From an uncultured Gammaproteobacteria bacterium (GTDB taxonomy: Bacteria > Pseudomonadota > Gammaproteobacteria > JACCXJ01): a stretch of DNA of 64,000 nt. The stretch is from the NCBI GenBank assembly GCA_963764725.1, contig CAVXTM010000001.1, positions 32,001 through 96,000 of the forward strand, read 5' to 3'. Position numbers and translations under genes: made by a program. Positions 1-9,683 of this stretch are shown here, in pieces (positions within the stretch are counted from its first letter, which is position 1; each line of letters begins with the position of its first letter). The notes below the pieces were generated by a model. It was not told where the DNA came from. It saw only the letters and a list, made by a program, of their open reading frames with translations, and searched no databases.

Positions 1-771
1 CGCGGCCAGCCCTCCGCCCACCAACAGCATCATTACCGCCACAACGACCTGCACCGCGCGCTGCGTGATCTTGCGCAGCAGCCGCTTGCCAAGAACCGCA
101 CCGATGAAGGCACACGCTATACCCACCACGACGGGAATCATCAGTTCCTGTGACTGGGCGAAGTGTTCGGCCAGGAAAGTGACGCCATACACGACTAGAC
201 GCACCGCGTCAACGATCACCGCCGACACGACGCTCGTAGCCACAAAAGCCTCTTTGGCCAGCCCGGCCTTGATCAGAAAGGCCGAACGAAACGCGCCCTG
301 GTTGCCCGACAGGCCTCCGAAGAATCCGGACAGTAAGCCGCCCCAAAACAGATAGCGTGGCGGTAAGACGAGCGCCTGAAATCGTGGCGAAAGCTCTAGC
401 AGCGCGAATGCGATGATCAGCACGCCAATCACCGCTTTAACCACCGTAATTTCGTGCATTCCGCCACCCAGCGAGTAACGCAGCAGGACTGGCAAACGGT
501 CAAACCAGAACAAGATAGCAGCCCCGACGACCGCGGCCAAGGCGGCCGGAATGCAGAACCGGAACACGACCCGCCAATCCGCCTGCCGCGCCATCAGCCC
601 GAGCTTAAACAGGTTGTTAGCGAAATGGACGACCGCCGTTGCCGCCACCGCCAGGGTCACCGGGAAGAAGAGGGCAAAGACTGGCGTCAGCGCGGTGCCC
701 AAGCCGAAACCCGAGAAGAGCGTCAACCCAGAGACCAAGCAGGCAGCTATGCCAATAACCAGGAGTTCCAA
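1..771 (-). CDS. Sulfite exporter TauE/SafE (TSUP) family membrane protein, runs off the window edge
   Basis: My translation of the minus strand: LELLVIGIAACLVSGLTLFSGFGLGTALTPVFALFFPVTLAVAATAVVHFANNLFK...GGLLSGFFGGLSGNQGAFRSAFL, which is typical of TSUP. TTG start is uncertain. Confidence 0.85.
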   Translation of the reverse strand, partial: MELLVIGIAACLVSGLTLFSGFGLGTALTPVFALFFPVTLAVAATAVVHFANNLFKLGLMARQADWRVVFRFCIPAALAAVVGAAILFWFDRLPVLLRYSLGGGMHEITVVKAVIGVLIIAFALLELSPRFQALVLPPRYLFWGGLLSGFFGGLSGNQGAFRSAFLIKAGLAKEAFVATSVVSAVIVDAVRLVVYGVTFLAEHFAQSQELMIPVVVGIACAFIGAVLGKRLLRKITQRAVQVVVAVMMLLVGGGLAA

Positions 772-957
772 TGCCAATTATCTTATTTCGTTATCGAATC
801 CCTCTTGGACGGCTACTTGCCACGACGCACTGCCCCACGTCCGGCGTGAGGTTCACAAATCCGACCCGAGTCGGAAGTTTGAACCAGAATTCTTGTAGGG
901 TTTCCTTAGGACTTGCTGCCCCTCTTAGTTCACGCATTCGTGCAGCAAGCGTCTCAT

Positions 958-1584
958 TCAACGGTAGGAGCGAATCAATCCGACAACGACACCTTGGATA
1001 CTAACGCGGTCAGGTGCAAATTCCATCGGCGCATAGGTGGCGTTCGCAGGATGCAAGATGATGCGGCGCCGATGTTGTTCGATCCGCTTCAGCGTTGTCT
1101 CATGGCCGTCGATGAGCGCGACGACAATTTCGCCGTTGCGAGCCTCCTCGCGATGTTCGACGATGATCTGATCCCCATCGAAGATCCCCTCCTCCACCAT
1201 CGAATCCCCCTTGACCCGCAGTACGTAGCACGGCCGGCGCGTGCGTAAAGTGATAGGCACTTCCACCGTCTCCTCATCAGAGACCGCTTCAATCGGACGC
1301 CCGGCCGCTATCGTTCCAAGCAGCGGCAATGGCTCCGCTCCCGCCTCACTGTGCTGGCTAACCAGCCGGACACCGCGCTGCTTGTGATCCATGGGTTCGA
1401 CGAGTCCCGCGTCCACCAAGGCCTGAATATGGCGATGCAAGGACCCACGGGAACTGAGCTTCAGTGCGCGACACAACTCATCCAAGGTCGGCGGATAGGG
1501 AAAGTCGTCCGCCTGTTCCTGGAGGTAGTCATAGATCTCCTGTTGCCGCCGCGTGAGCCTCACCATTCCTGCTTGCTTGCACAT
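958..1584 (-). CDS. lexA: LexA SOS repressor
   Basis: N-terminal wHTH (LTRRQQEIYDYL...PPTLDELC), Ala-Gly cleavage site (IAAGRP), catalytic Ser (GDSM) and Lys (TLKR). Confidence 0.95.
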   Translation of the reverse strand: MCKQAGMVRLTRRQQEIYDYLQEQADDFPYPPTLDELCRALKLSSRGSLHRHIQALVDAGLVEPMDHKQRGVRLVSQHSEAGAEPLPLLGTIAAGRPIEAVSDEETVEVPITLRTRRPCYVLRVKGDSMVEEGIFDGDQIIVEHREEARNGEIVVALIDGHETTLKRIEQHRRRIILHPANATYAPMEFAPDRVSIQGVVVGLIRSYR

Positions 1585-1614
1585 GATCGAAGGCTCTTAT
1601 ATTCTCACAAATAA

Positions 1615-1629
1615 GAACCAATTGAGAAC
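1615..1629. promoter_or_regulatory. Putative LexA operator GAAC-N7-GAAC
   Basis: GAACcaattgaGAAC lies in the roughly 50-bp gap between divergent lexA and the helicase ATG (1634). Confidence 0.7.
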
Positions 1630-1633
1630 AGCC

Positions 1634-4031
1634 ATGCGTAACCTCGCCGAGCAGCCAACGGATGCTACCCGCGCGCGCCCCCTTAGCGTCAACACATTCA
1701 TCGCAGGCCTCAAACGCAAATACGCTGGCCGGATCACCGGAGAGCTCGTCATCCCCGCCCGCGAAGGTCGGTATGCCGAATTCCCGCCGGATCTGGATTT
1801 AAGACTCGTGTCCGCGCTCCGGAAACGCGGCATCGAACGGCTCTACCGACATCAACGCGAGGCCTGGGACTTAGTTGCGCAAGGAAGGCCGACGGTGATC
1901 GTCACGCCGACGGCTTCCGGGAAGACGCTTTGCTATAACCTGCCGGTACTCCAGGGGGCGCTCCAGGACCAAGCCAAGTCGCTCTACCTATTTCCGACCA
2001 AAGCCCTATCGCAAGATCAAGTCACCGAAATTCTGGAACTCAATCAGGCCGGTGGCTTAGGCGTCCGCGCGTATACCTTCGACGGTGATACGCCAGGCGA
2101 CGCCCGCAAAGCGGTCCGCACTCGGGGCGATATCGTTGTCTCCAATCCCGACATGCTGCACCAGGGGATCTTGCCCCACCACACCAAATGGGCCCAATTC
2201 TTCGAGGCCTTACGCTTTGTCGTCATCGACGAATTGCACACCTACCGCGGTGTCTTCGGTTCGCATATGGCGAATGTCATTCGTCGGCTGCGACGGGTAT
2301 GCCGCTTCTACGGATCCGATCCGATTTTCATCTTGTCGTCTGCCACGATCGCTAATCCCGCCGAGCTCGCCGAAGAGTTGATTGGCTGTCCGATAGCCGC
2401 CGTGACAGACAGCGGCGCACCGCAGGGGCAAAAGCATCTTCTCCTCTGGAATCCGCCGGTCATCAATCCCGACCTCGGTCTGCGTGCCTCGAGTCGCTCG
2501 CAAGTCACTCGTATCGCGAGATCCGCTCTGGTACACGGACTGAAAACCATCGTCTTTGCTAACTCGCGGCTGATGGTCGAAGTGCTGACCAAGTATCTCA
2601 AGGATGTATTTGATCGGGATCCGCGCAAGCCATCGCGGGTGAGGGCTTATCGGGGCGGCTACCTGCCGAGCGAGCGGCGTGCGACCGAGAAGGAGCTGCG
2701 CGCCGGCCGCTTGGACTGTATCATCACGACCAGCGCGCTGGAATTGGGTGTCAACATCGGTGCTCTCGATGTCTGTCTGCTCAATGGCTATCCCGGCACC
2801 ATCGCCGGAACCTGGCAGCGGCTTGGGCGGGCCGGTCGCCGCCAGCGGGCAGCACTCGGCGTCTTGGTCGCAACCAGTGATCCCTTGGATCAATTCCTGG
2901 TCCGCAACCCCGACTTCTTCATGGGCAGCTCCCCCGAGCATGCGCGGATCGCACCCGATCAATTGCTCGATCCTGATGGACCACGTCCGCTGCGCGGCTT
3001 TCGAGTTACCGTTTAGGGACGGCGAGCCGTTCGGTCAAGAACCGCTCGATGAGGTCCTGGCTTATCTCGAAGAACACGGGATCCTGCATCATGAAGCGCC
3101 TCAATGGCACTGGATAGCCGACAGTTATCCTGCCAATAGTGTAGGCCTGCGCTCGGTGGCCGAGGGCAACTTCGTGGTAATCGATACGACCGGCGGCAAG
3201 CAGGAGATCATTGCCGAAGTCGACTACTCCAGCGCACCGATGACGATCTACGAAGGCGCCATTTATCTCATCCAAGCCCAACCCTGGCAAGTCGAACGGC
3301 TCGACTGGGAAGGACGCAAGGCCTTCGTCACCCGTACGCACGCGGACTACTACACCGATGCGATCGACTATACGAAACTGAAAGTCTTGGACGAATTCGA
3401 GCAACAAGAGCGTTCAGGTTCCGCCTGTGCTCGTGGCGAAGTGCATTTAGTTAGGCGCATTGCCGGTTACAAGAAGATCCGCTATTACACGCACGAAAAC
3501 ATCGGCTACGGCAACATCCATTTGCCCGATCAAGAAATGCACACGACCGCTGTTTGGTGGCAAATAAACCCTGCGGCGCTGGAAGCCGCCTTTCCCGCCC
3601 GATGGCAAGCTCTCGATGGATTTCTCGGCGCCGCCTACGCCCTCCACCACGTCGCGGCACTGCTCACGATGTCTGAACGGCGAGATCTAGGACGCTCGGT
3701 CGGCGATAGTCAACACACGTGGTTTGCCGTGACGGGTCCGAACGGACGCGGACGGGCGCAAGCCTTCGATGGCGGGACTATCGATATCGAACAATCAACG
3801 CAAGCCTTCCTTCCTACGGTCTTCCTCTATGACAACTATCCAGGCGGCATAGGGCTATCCACGCCGCTCTATGATCTCCGTGCGACGGTCGTCACCAAAA
3901 CCCATGACTTGATCGCCGCGTGTCCCTGCCTCCTGGGATGCCCAACCTGCATCGGTCCTATTCTAGCGTCCGATGAAACGCATTCACCGAAGGCGGCCGC
4001 CTTGAGTGTGCTGGCGCTATTCCAAAGGTAA
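1634..4031 (+). pseudogene. mrfA: MrfA-like DEAD/DEAH helicase with C-terminal DUF1998 four-Cys domain, split by a +1 frameshift near 2969
   Basis: Motifs PTASGKT, DELH, SAT and QRLGRAGR lie in ORF 1553-3016. The protein continues as ILMDHVRCAAFE...CPCLLGCPTC in ORF 2679-4031. One extra base in CTCGATCCTG; a sequencing error is possible. Confidence 0.85.
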
Positions 4032-4066
4032 GTGCTCGTCGGTACTGAGACTAACTACCGCGGCGC

Positions 4067-5278
4067 ATGGATCTGAAAGCACGATTGTCGGCTCTGAAAG
4101 GCCAACGCGGCGCGCCGGCAAGTGCCGAACCTGCCATCCCAGAAACGACTATCAGTGAACGCCTGCGACGCCTCACCGTGCAAGCGACCCACACGAAGCG
4201 CGACTGCACCGATGACCAAGAAGTCGCTGCGCGCTTGCAGGGGCAGGCTCTCGCACCCGGACTGATCCGTATCGAGCAGCGTCGATTACTGGCGCATGTA
4301 CCCGGTTGGGAGAGAGTCTCGGCAACGGCGTTTACGCGCTTCTCCCTACTTACCAGCGGTGACGCCATTGAGCCCAACGAGCTCTTGTTTCTCGACACCG
4401 AAACCACAGGCCTCGCGGGAGGCACGGGGACGCTACCGTTCTTATTAGGGCTCGCGCGCATCGATGGCGATGAGCTGCACGTATGTCAATGGTTCCTCAC
4501 GGGCTTTCGGGGCGAAGCCACTTTACTGGAAGATGCATGTAGCTGGTATGGCCAGGCACGGCATTTGGTGAGTTTCAACGGTAAGGCCTTCGATGTACCA
4601 CTTCTCACAACGCGTTACCGCCTAGCGCACCTCGCGGAACCCCTTTCGGTAATAAAACACCTGGATCTCTTGCATCCCACGCGCCGCGCCTTCGGAAGCC
4701 GTTGGCCCGATTGCCGTCTGCAGACCGCCGAACGCGAATTGCTCGCCTTTGAACGAGAAGATGATTTGCCGGGCCACCTTGTGCCCGAGGCATGGGCCGC
4801 GTTTGTACGCTCGGGCGCGTTCACCGAGGTGCCGCGCATCCTCCATCACAACTTGCTGGATTTGATAACGCTGACGGGCTTACTCTCCACGTTGGTCCGC
4901 GTCTATGCCGAACCCGGATATGGGGAGTCCGATACACACGCCATTGCGCGCGGTTTCCGCAAACGAGGTCACGAAGCGATTGCTTATCAGTACTTATGCG
5001 GCCGAGCCGACGAACTTGATGCGGCGGGGCTCATGGAGCTGGCCGATTTGCATCGGCAACGCCGGCTTTGGCGGGAAGCCGTGCAGATCTGGACGCGACT
5101 TGCTTATGAGGATCATGCCCTAGCGATGGAACGCTTAGCGAAGTACTATGAACACGTGCGCCGGGATCCTCGGACGGCCTTGCTATGGAGCAGCCGACTG
5201 TTGCAGGTACAAGCGGAGGATCGGCAACACCATGGCCGTCAAGCACGCTTGCTTGAGCGGATAAACGCAAGCAGCTAG
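4067..5278 (+). CDS. mrfB: MrfB/YprB-like RNase H-fold (DEDDh) exonuclease with C-terminal TPR-like helices
   Basis: FLDTETTGL, SFNGKAFD, HLDLLH and HNLLD motifs; directly downstream of the MrfA-type helicase. Confidence 0.85.
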   Translation: MDLKARLSALKGQRGAPASAEPAIPETTISERLRRLTVQATHTKRDCTDDQEVAARLQGQALAPGLIRIEQRRLLAHVPGWERVSATAFTRFSLLTSGDAIEPNELLFLDTETTGLAGGTGTLPFLLGLARIDGDELHVCQWFLTGFRGEATLLEDACSWYGQARHLVSFNGKAFDVPLLTTRYRLAHLAEPLSVIKHLDLLHPTRRAFGSRWPDCRLQTAERELLAFEREDDLPGHLVPEAWAAFVRSGAFTEVPRILHHNLLDLITLTGLLSTLVRVYAEPGYGESDTHAIARGFRKRGHEAIAYQYLCGRADELDAAGLMELADLHRQRRLWREAVQIWTRLAYEDHALAMERLAKYYEHVRRDPRTALLWSSRLLQVQAEDRQHHGRQARLLERINASS

Positions 5279-5325
5279 TCTATTGATCTCCGCGCTACTT
5301 CCCCCCTCACCCCATCGGCGGTTTG

Positions 5326-5731
5326 ATGCAGCGACGAGTCGCCCATCTGGACATGGATGCCTTTTATGCATCGGTGGAGCTCTTGCGGTATCCACAATTG
5401 AGAGGCTTGCCAGTGGTGATTGGCGGTCGGCATCACGGGCACCTCCGGACGGGGGACACCTTTCCTCGCCTTCGTGATTATGTTGGGCGAGGTGTCGTCA
5501 CCACCGCGACCTATGAGGCGCGGGCATTCGGCGTCCACTCAGGCACGGGCATCATGAAAGCCGCGAGGCTCGCGCCTGATGCGATCTTGCTACCGGCGGA
5601 CTTCGAACAATATCGGCATTACTCTCGCTTGTTCAAAGCGGCCGTCGCCGAAATCGCACCGGAAATTGAAGACCGTGGCATCGACGAGATTTATATCGAT
5701 CTGACCAAGCTTCCCGGTGACACCGTGGAAC
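5326..5731 (+). pseudogene. dinB: DNA polymerase IV, N-terminal third only
   Basis: HLDMDAFYASVE, ATYEARAFGVHSG and GIDEIYID. It breaks off at about 5731 into a copy of the rimI-like gene 3' end. Confidence 0.9.
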
Positions 5732-5787
5732 TCAGGGCATTGAGGCCGCGATCCGCATGGCGCGTGATCTGAGTGCCGGTTAGCCTC
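5732..5787 (+). repeat. 56-bp direct repeat of 23762-23817 (3' end of the rimI-like gene)
   Basis: TCAGGGCATTGAGGC.GCGATCCGCATGGCGCGTGATCTGAG.G.CGGTTAGCCTC, with 3 mismatches by eye. Confidence 0.9.
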
Positions 5788-5856
5788 TAACGAAGACCGG
5801 CGGTCCGTCCTTCCACCCAGTCGTCAGGGGGCGGCGCCCTGCGCTAAACTCATGGC

Positions 5857-6861
5857 ATGCGCAAGCTGATGGCCATCGCGGTGCTGTTGCTCTTGATAGG
5901 GGGCGCGGCCTATCTCTACTACGTGCGTGGGGTTGGCGTCTCGGCCCAGATCCCGCGGCCTGCGACTATCGAACGGGCAGGGCGGGTGCGCACCTACACC
6001 TGGGGTGTAAGCACGGCCATGCCGACACCCCGCACCGAGGTCGCCGCGGCGGTGCTCGCGGGCAAGATCTATGTGATCGGAGGATTCGATGGCCTCGGCC
6101 AGACGGTCGCGACAGTCGAGGTCTACGATCCTGCCAGCGGGCTTTGGGCAGCTGGCCCCGACCTGCCGGCGCCCCGCCACCACATAGCGGCCGTCACAGC
6201 TGGGGACGCTCTCTACGCGCTGGGCGGCTACACCGGTTCGAGCTTCGAACCCCATGCCGAGGTCTACGCGCTGGTTGCACGGACTACGTCTTGGAGGCCA
6301 GTGGCCCCGCTGCCGGCGGCGCGAGGGGCCATGGCCGCGGCCGCGCTCGGCGGCAAACTCTATCTCGTCGGCGGCGTAGGGCCCGAGGGGCTCGCGAATG
6401 AGCTTTACGTCTACGACACCGTAGCGGACCACTGGGAGGAACGGCGGCCGGCGCCGACCCGCCGGGACCACCTGGCGGCCGCCGCACTGCACGGCCGGCT
6501 CTACCTCGGCGGGGGGCGCGAGCAGAGCTTGTCGAAGAACCTGCCCACGCTCGAAGTCTACGATCCGACGGCTGACACCTGGAACGTGGGAGCGAACATG
6601 CCTACTCCTCGCGGCGGGGTGGCGGGGGCGGCCTTCGACGGGCTTTTCGTCGTAGTGGGTGGAGAGCGTCCGAGCGCGACCCACGCGGAGGTCGAAGCCT
6701 TTGATCCAGAGAGCGGCCGCTGGCTGAGCCTGCCCCCCTTACCGACGGCCCGGCATGGCCTCGCCGCGGCGGTCGTGGGTAACGTCCTCTACGTGATCGG
6801 CGGCGGCACGCACCCCGGGCTATCGGTCTCGGGGCGCGTGGAGGCCTTGGAGGTGCACTGA
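5857..6861 (+). CDS. Kelch-repeat beta-propeller protein with N-terminal membrane anchor
   Basis: Six repeats of the pattern PxPR...(I/L)Y(V/L)xGG...EvYDP...W. Confidence 0.9.
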   Translation: MRKLMAIAVLLLLIGGAAYLYYVRGVGVSAQIPRPATIERAGRVRTYTWGVSTAMPTPRTEVAAAVLAGKIYVIGGFDGLGQTVATVEVYDPASGLWAAGPDLPAPRHHIAAVTAGDALYALGGYTGSSFEPHAEVYALVARTTSWRPVAPLPAARGAMAAAALGGKLYLVGGVGPEGLANELYVYDTVADHWEERRPAPTRRDHLAAAALHGRLYLGGGREQSLSKNLPTLEVYDPTADTWNVGANMPTPRGGVAGAAFDGLFVVVGGERPSATHAEVEAFDPESGRWLSLPPLPTARHGLAAAVVGNVLYVIGGGTHPGLSVSGRVEALEVH

Positions 6862-6883
6862 GCCGAGCAGTCACGGTCCCGAT

Positions 6884-7738
6884 ATGGAACCGCTGATCCC
6901 CCTTCTCCTCATGGGCGCACTGTTGGCCACCTTCCTGCTCGGCCCGCCGATGCTCAAGGCTCGGCGCCGCCAGCGCCTGCAACGGACCCCTTTTCCCCCG
7001 GAGTGGGAGAGAATCCTGTTCGAACGTCTGCGCTTCTACCCGCGGATGCCTGAGCTCTTAAGACAAGAACTGCGGCGACATATCGCGGTCTTCCTCGCCG
7101 AGAAGCACTTCTACGGCTGTGGTGGATTGGAGATCAGTGATGCGATACGGGTGCTCATCGCTGCGCAGGCCTGTCTTCTCATACTGAACCGCAAGACCGA
7201 TAACTATAGAAAGCTCCAATCGATCCTGGTCTACCCTTCGGCCTTCATCGTCAACCGCGAACTGGTAGACGCGGCGGGGGTCTGTACGACTCGTCGTGAG
7301 CCTCGTATCGGGGAGTCCTGGGAGGTGGGCCGGGTGATCATCGCCTGGGACGAGGTGGAGGGTGATGCAGGGGATCGCTTTGAGGGTGAGAACGTCGTCC
7401 TCCATGAGTTCGCCCACCAACTGGACCAGGAGGACGGGATCGCAGACGGGACGCCGGTGCTCGACAGCGTAGCCCGTTACCGGATGTGGGCGGAAGTGCT
7501 GGGCAGTGAGTTCCGGACCCTGCGCGACAAGGCGTCGCGCGGGGAGGCGACGGTCATGGCCCACTACGGCGCCGAGGACGCCGGCGAGTTCTTCGCCGTG
7601 GCCACAGAGTCCTTCTTCGAACAGCCGGAACGCCTGTCTAGAGAGCACCCTGCGCTCTACGCGGCGCTGCGGGACTACTACCTGGTGGATCCTGCCGCAT
7701 GGCATACGATGGTAGGTGCGGGACCGACCGCTCAATAA
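6884..7738 (+). CDS. MtfA-family (M90) zinc peptidase
   Basis: NVVLHEFAHQLD, EFFAVATESFFEQP and IAAQACL motifs. Confidence 0.9.
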   Translation: MEPLIPLLLMGALLATFLLGPPMLKARRRQRLQRTPFPPEWERILFERLRFYPRMPELLRQELRRHIAVFLAEKHFYGCGGLEISDAIRVLIAAQACLLILNRKTDNYRKLQSILVYPSAFIVNRELVDAAGVCTTRREPRIGESWEVGRVIIAWDEVEGDAGDRFEGENVVLHEFAHQLDQEDGIADGTPVLDSVARYRMWAEVLGSEFRTLRDKASRGEATVMAHYGAEDAGEFFAVATESFFEQPERLSREHPALYAALRDYYLVDPAAWHTMVGAGPTAQ

Positions 7739-7821
7739 CAAAGGAGCGACCCGCGACCTTCACGTGCGACCCAGGCAGTCCGACGTCCTACTGTGACGGC
7801 GGTGTGCATCCAGTGACAACG

Positions 7822-8075
7822 ATGAAGCTACTAATCAACGTTGACGTCGACGACCTTGATAAGGCTGTAGAGTTCTATGCCAGTGCCATCGGGCTTCACC
7901 CTGGGCGTCGTCCTTTCGGAGATACCGTCGCCACTGGACGCCCGTGCACCCTGATTTCGTCGTTGACGATGTCTGGGCCGCGGTCCAACGTGCGTTGAAT
8001 GCGGGGGGCCAAGCTCGAAGGCGAGGTCCAATGCGACCCTTGGGGCTATCTAGGCACAATCAGCGACCGATTAGG
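7822..8075 (+). pseudogene. VOC/glyoxalase family protein with internal deletion
   Basis: MKLLINVDVDDLDKAVEFY, followed in another frame by HWTPVHPDFVVDD...AGAKLEGEV. Confidence 0.65.
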
Positions 8076-8127
8076 CAGCGGTTACGATGAGGTCGAGTCG
8101 ACGGCGGCCTCCTAGACAGGGCGTTAT

Positions 8128-8208
8128 ATGAAGAAGACATACCCCGGAAGCTGCCACTGCGGCGCGGTCCGCTTTGAGGCGGACATTGACCTGAGCGCAG
8201 GTACATAG
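8128..8208 (+). pseudogene. GFA (Mss4-like) family N-terminal fragment
   Basis: [26 protein letters not shown], then a stop. Confidence 0.7.
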
Positions 8209-8804
8209 TATGAAGAGCCGTTAAGTCACATTGCTGATCACATAACCAGTACTCAGCCAGCAGCAGACATCTAGTATGGCGGTATTCAATAATCAGGACC
8301 GCGGCATCTCCCTCGATGTTTTTGGGCTGCTTTTGCTTTAAGCTTATGGTCCTGGGAAGACATTATCGAGGAAGAGCAGCTCTTCTGGCAGTTTCACGCC
8401 AAGAGCGCGGCCCAACCCCAAACACCCAATTACCCGCTGAGGCCGAGTGAGCGGTCGCTGCTGAGCATAGGGTTAAATCGGATGTTCCTCTGCTTGTCAG
8501 CCGTGCGGCGATCTGCGCTGCGCGATTGCGCGCCAGTCGTGAGCGCGCAGCAGCGAATCAGGGAACTGGCCAGGTTCACGCGCCAGTCCGCGGAGGAGAG
8601 CGAGTGCTATCATTCGCCCTCCGATCTTGATGTCTATCGGGCCTGACTTCGCGCTCACGTACCCTACGCACGCCGGTGGGAGCTGCTTCAATCCCGAAAG
8701 GGGCCATACGCGCTCCTACAAGGGCAATTCATCATCTTGCCGCCTATTATTTTGTCTGATGGCGTCGATGAGACTCCTGTGTTGCGATGCGCTAGCATCT
8801 CCCT

Positions 8805-9243
8805 ATGACTGCCGAACTCGTCTGCTGGAAATGCGGTGCCGCGCTCGACGAAATACCACTGCCCTTGTCGCGTTAGGCACAGTGCCCGGCCTGCCACGCC
8901 GAACTTCACGCCTGCCGCATGTGCCGGTTTTTCGAACCCCAGTAGGCGGGGCTGTCGCGAACGGCGCGCGGAAGAGATCATGGAGCGCGACCGCGCCAAC
9001 TTCTGTGAGTGGCTGCAACCGCAACCCGGCGTCTGGCAAGCCGGAGCATCGACGGTCGAGGACGCGCGGGCGAAGCTCGACACGCTATTTGGTGAAAAGA
9101 AGGATGAGGAGCGTGTCGAACCGGCGCTGCCAGAGTCATCGAAAGCCGACCGCGCACGCGCGGAGCTTGAAGAACTGTTCGGCCGCCCCAAGAAATCGTA
9201 CCAGCCCGCCCTGAAGGTGATACGGATATCCGCAAGTCAGTAA
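8805..9243 (+). pseudogene. Conserved Cys-rich (Zn-binding) hypothetical protein with in-frame TAG and a frameshift
   Basis: MTAELVCWKCGA...LSR*AQCPACHAELHACRMCRFF, then a frameshift to CRERRAEEIMERDRANFCEW. Confidence 0.65.
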
Positions 9244-9319
9244 CCTGCACAGGCGGGAACAAGTTCGGTGAACACCTTAGGCATCAATCTCTCGCTGTCG
9301 TCGGTTCGCGAGGATACCT

Positions 9320-9613
9320 GGAAGAGATCAAGACCGTTCCCTTCGTTCCGCAGTCGCATCCTTTCGTGGAACGCGTGATCGGTACGCTATGGCGCGCGTA
9401 TCTCGATCATCTTTTCTTCTGGAATGGACAGATCTTGAACGGAAGCTCCTTGCGTACCGAGACTACTATAACCAGCACCGTTGCCATGCCGGCTTAAGCG
9501 GAGAAACGCCGAACCGCTACGGGACGGAACATACGGCTCCATGTGCAACGATTGAGTCCTATGAGTGGCTCAGCCATTGCCATGGAATGTTTCATCTGCC
9601 TGTTGCTGCATAA
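9320..9613 (+). mobile_element. Integrase-core (rve-type) transposase C-terminal remnant
   Basis: IKTVPFVPQSHPFVERVIGT...YRDYYNQHRCHAGLSGETP, frameshifted. Confidence 0.7.
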
Positions 9614-9683
9614 GAGCTGGAATTCGCAACAAACACGCTTGTCGAGAAATCGTTTGCGTTCTTGCTAGCCCGCGAGCCCAATA

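Noticed and set aside
7740-8210. Integron cassette array (short VOC and GFA genes, GTTA motifs)
   Set aside because: I could not find paired attC R''/R' boxes, and there is no integron integrase.
8870-8880. Pyrrolysine or read-through at the in-frame TAG of the Cys-rich gene
   Set aside because: The same gene also has a frameshift and the region is full of pseudogenes, so simple decay explains it.
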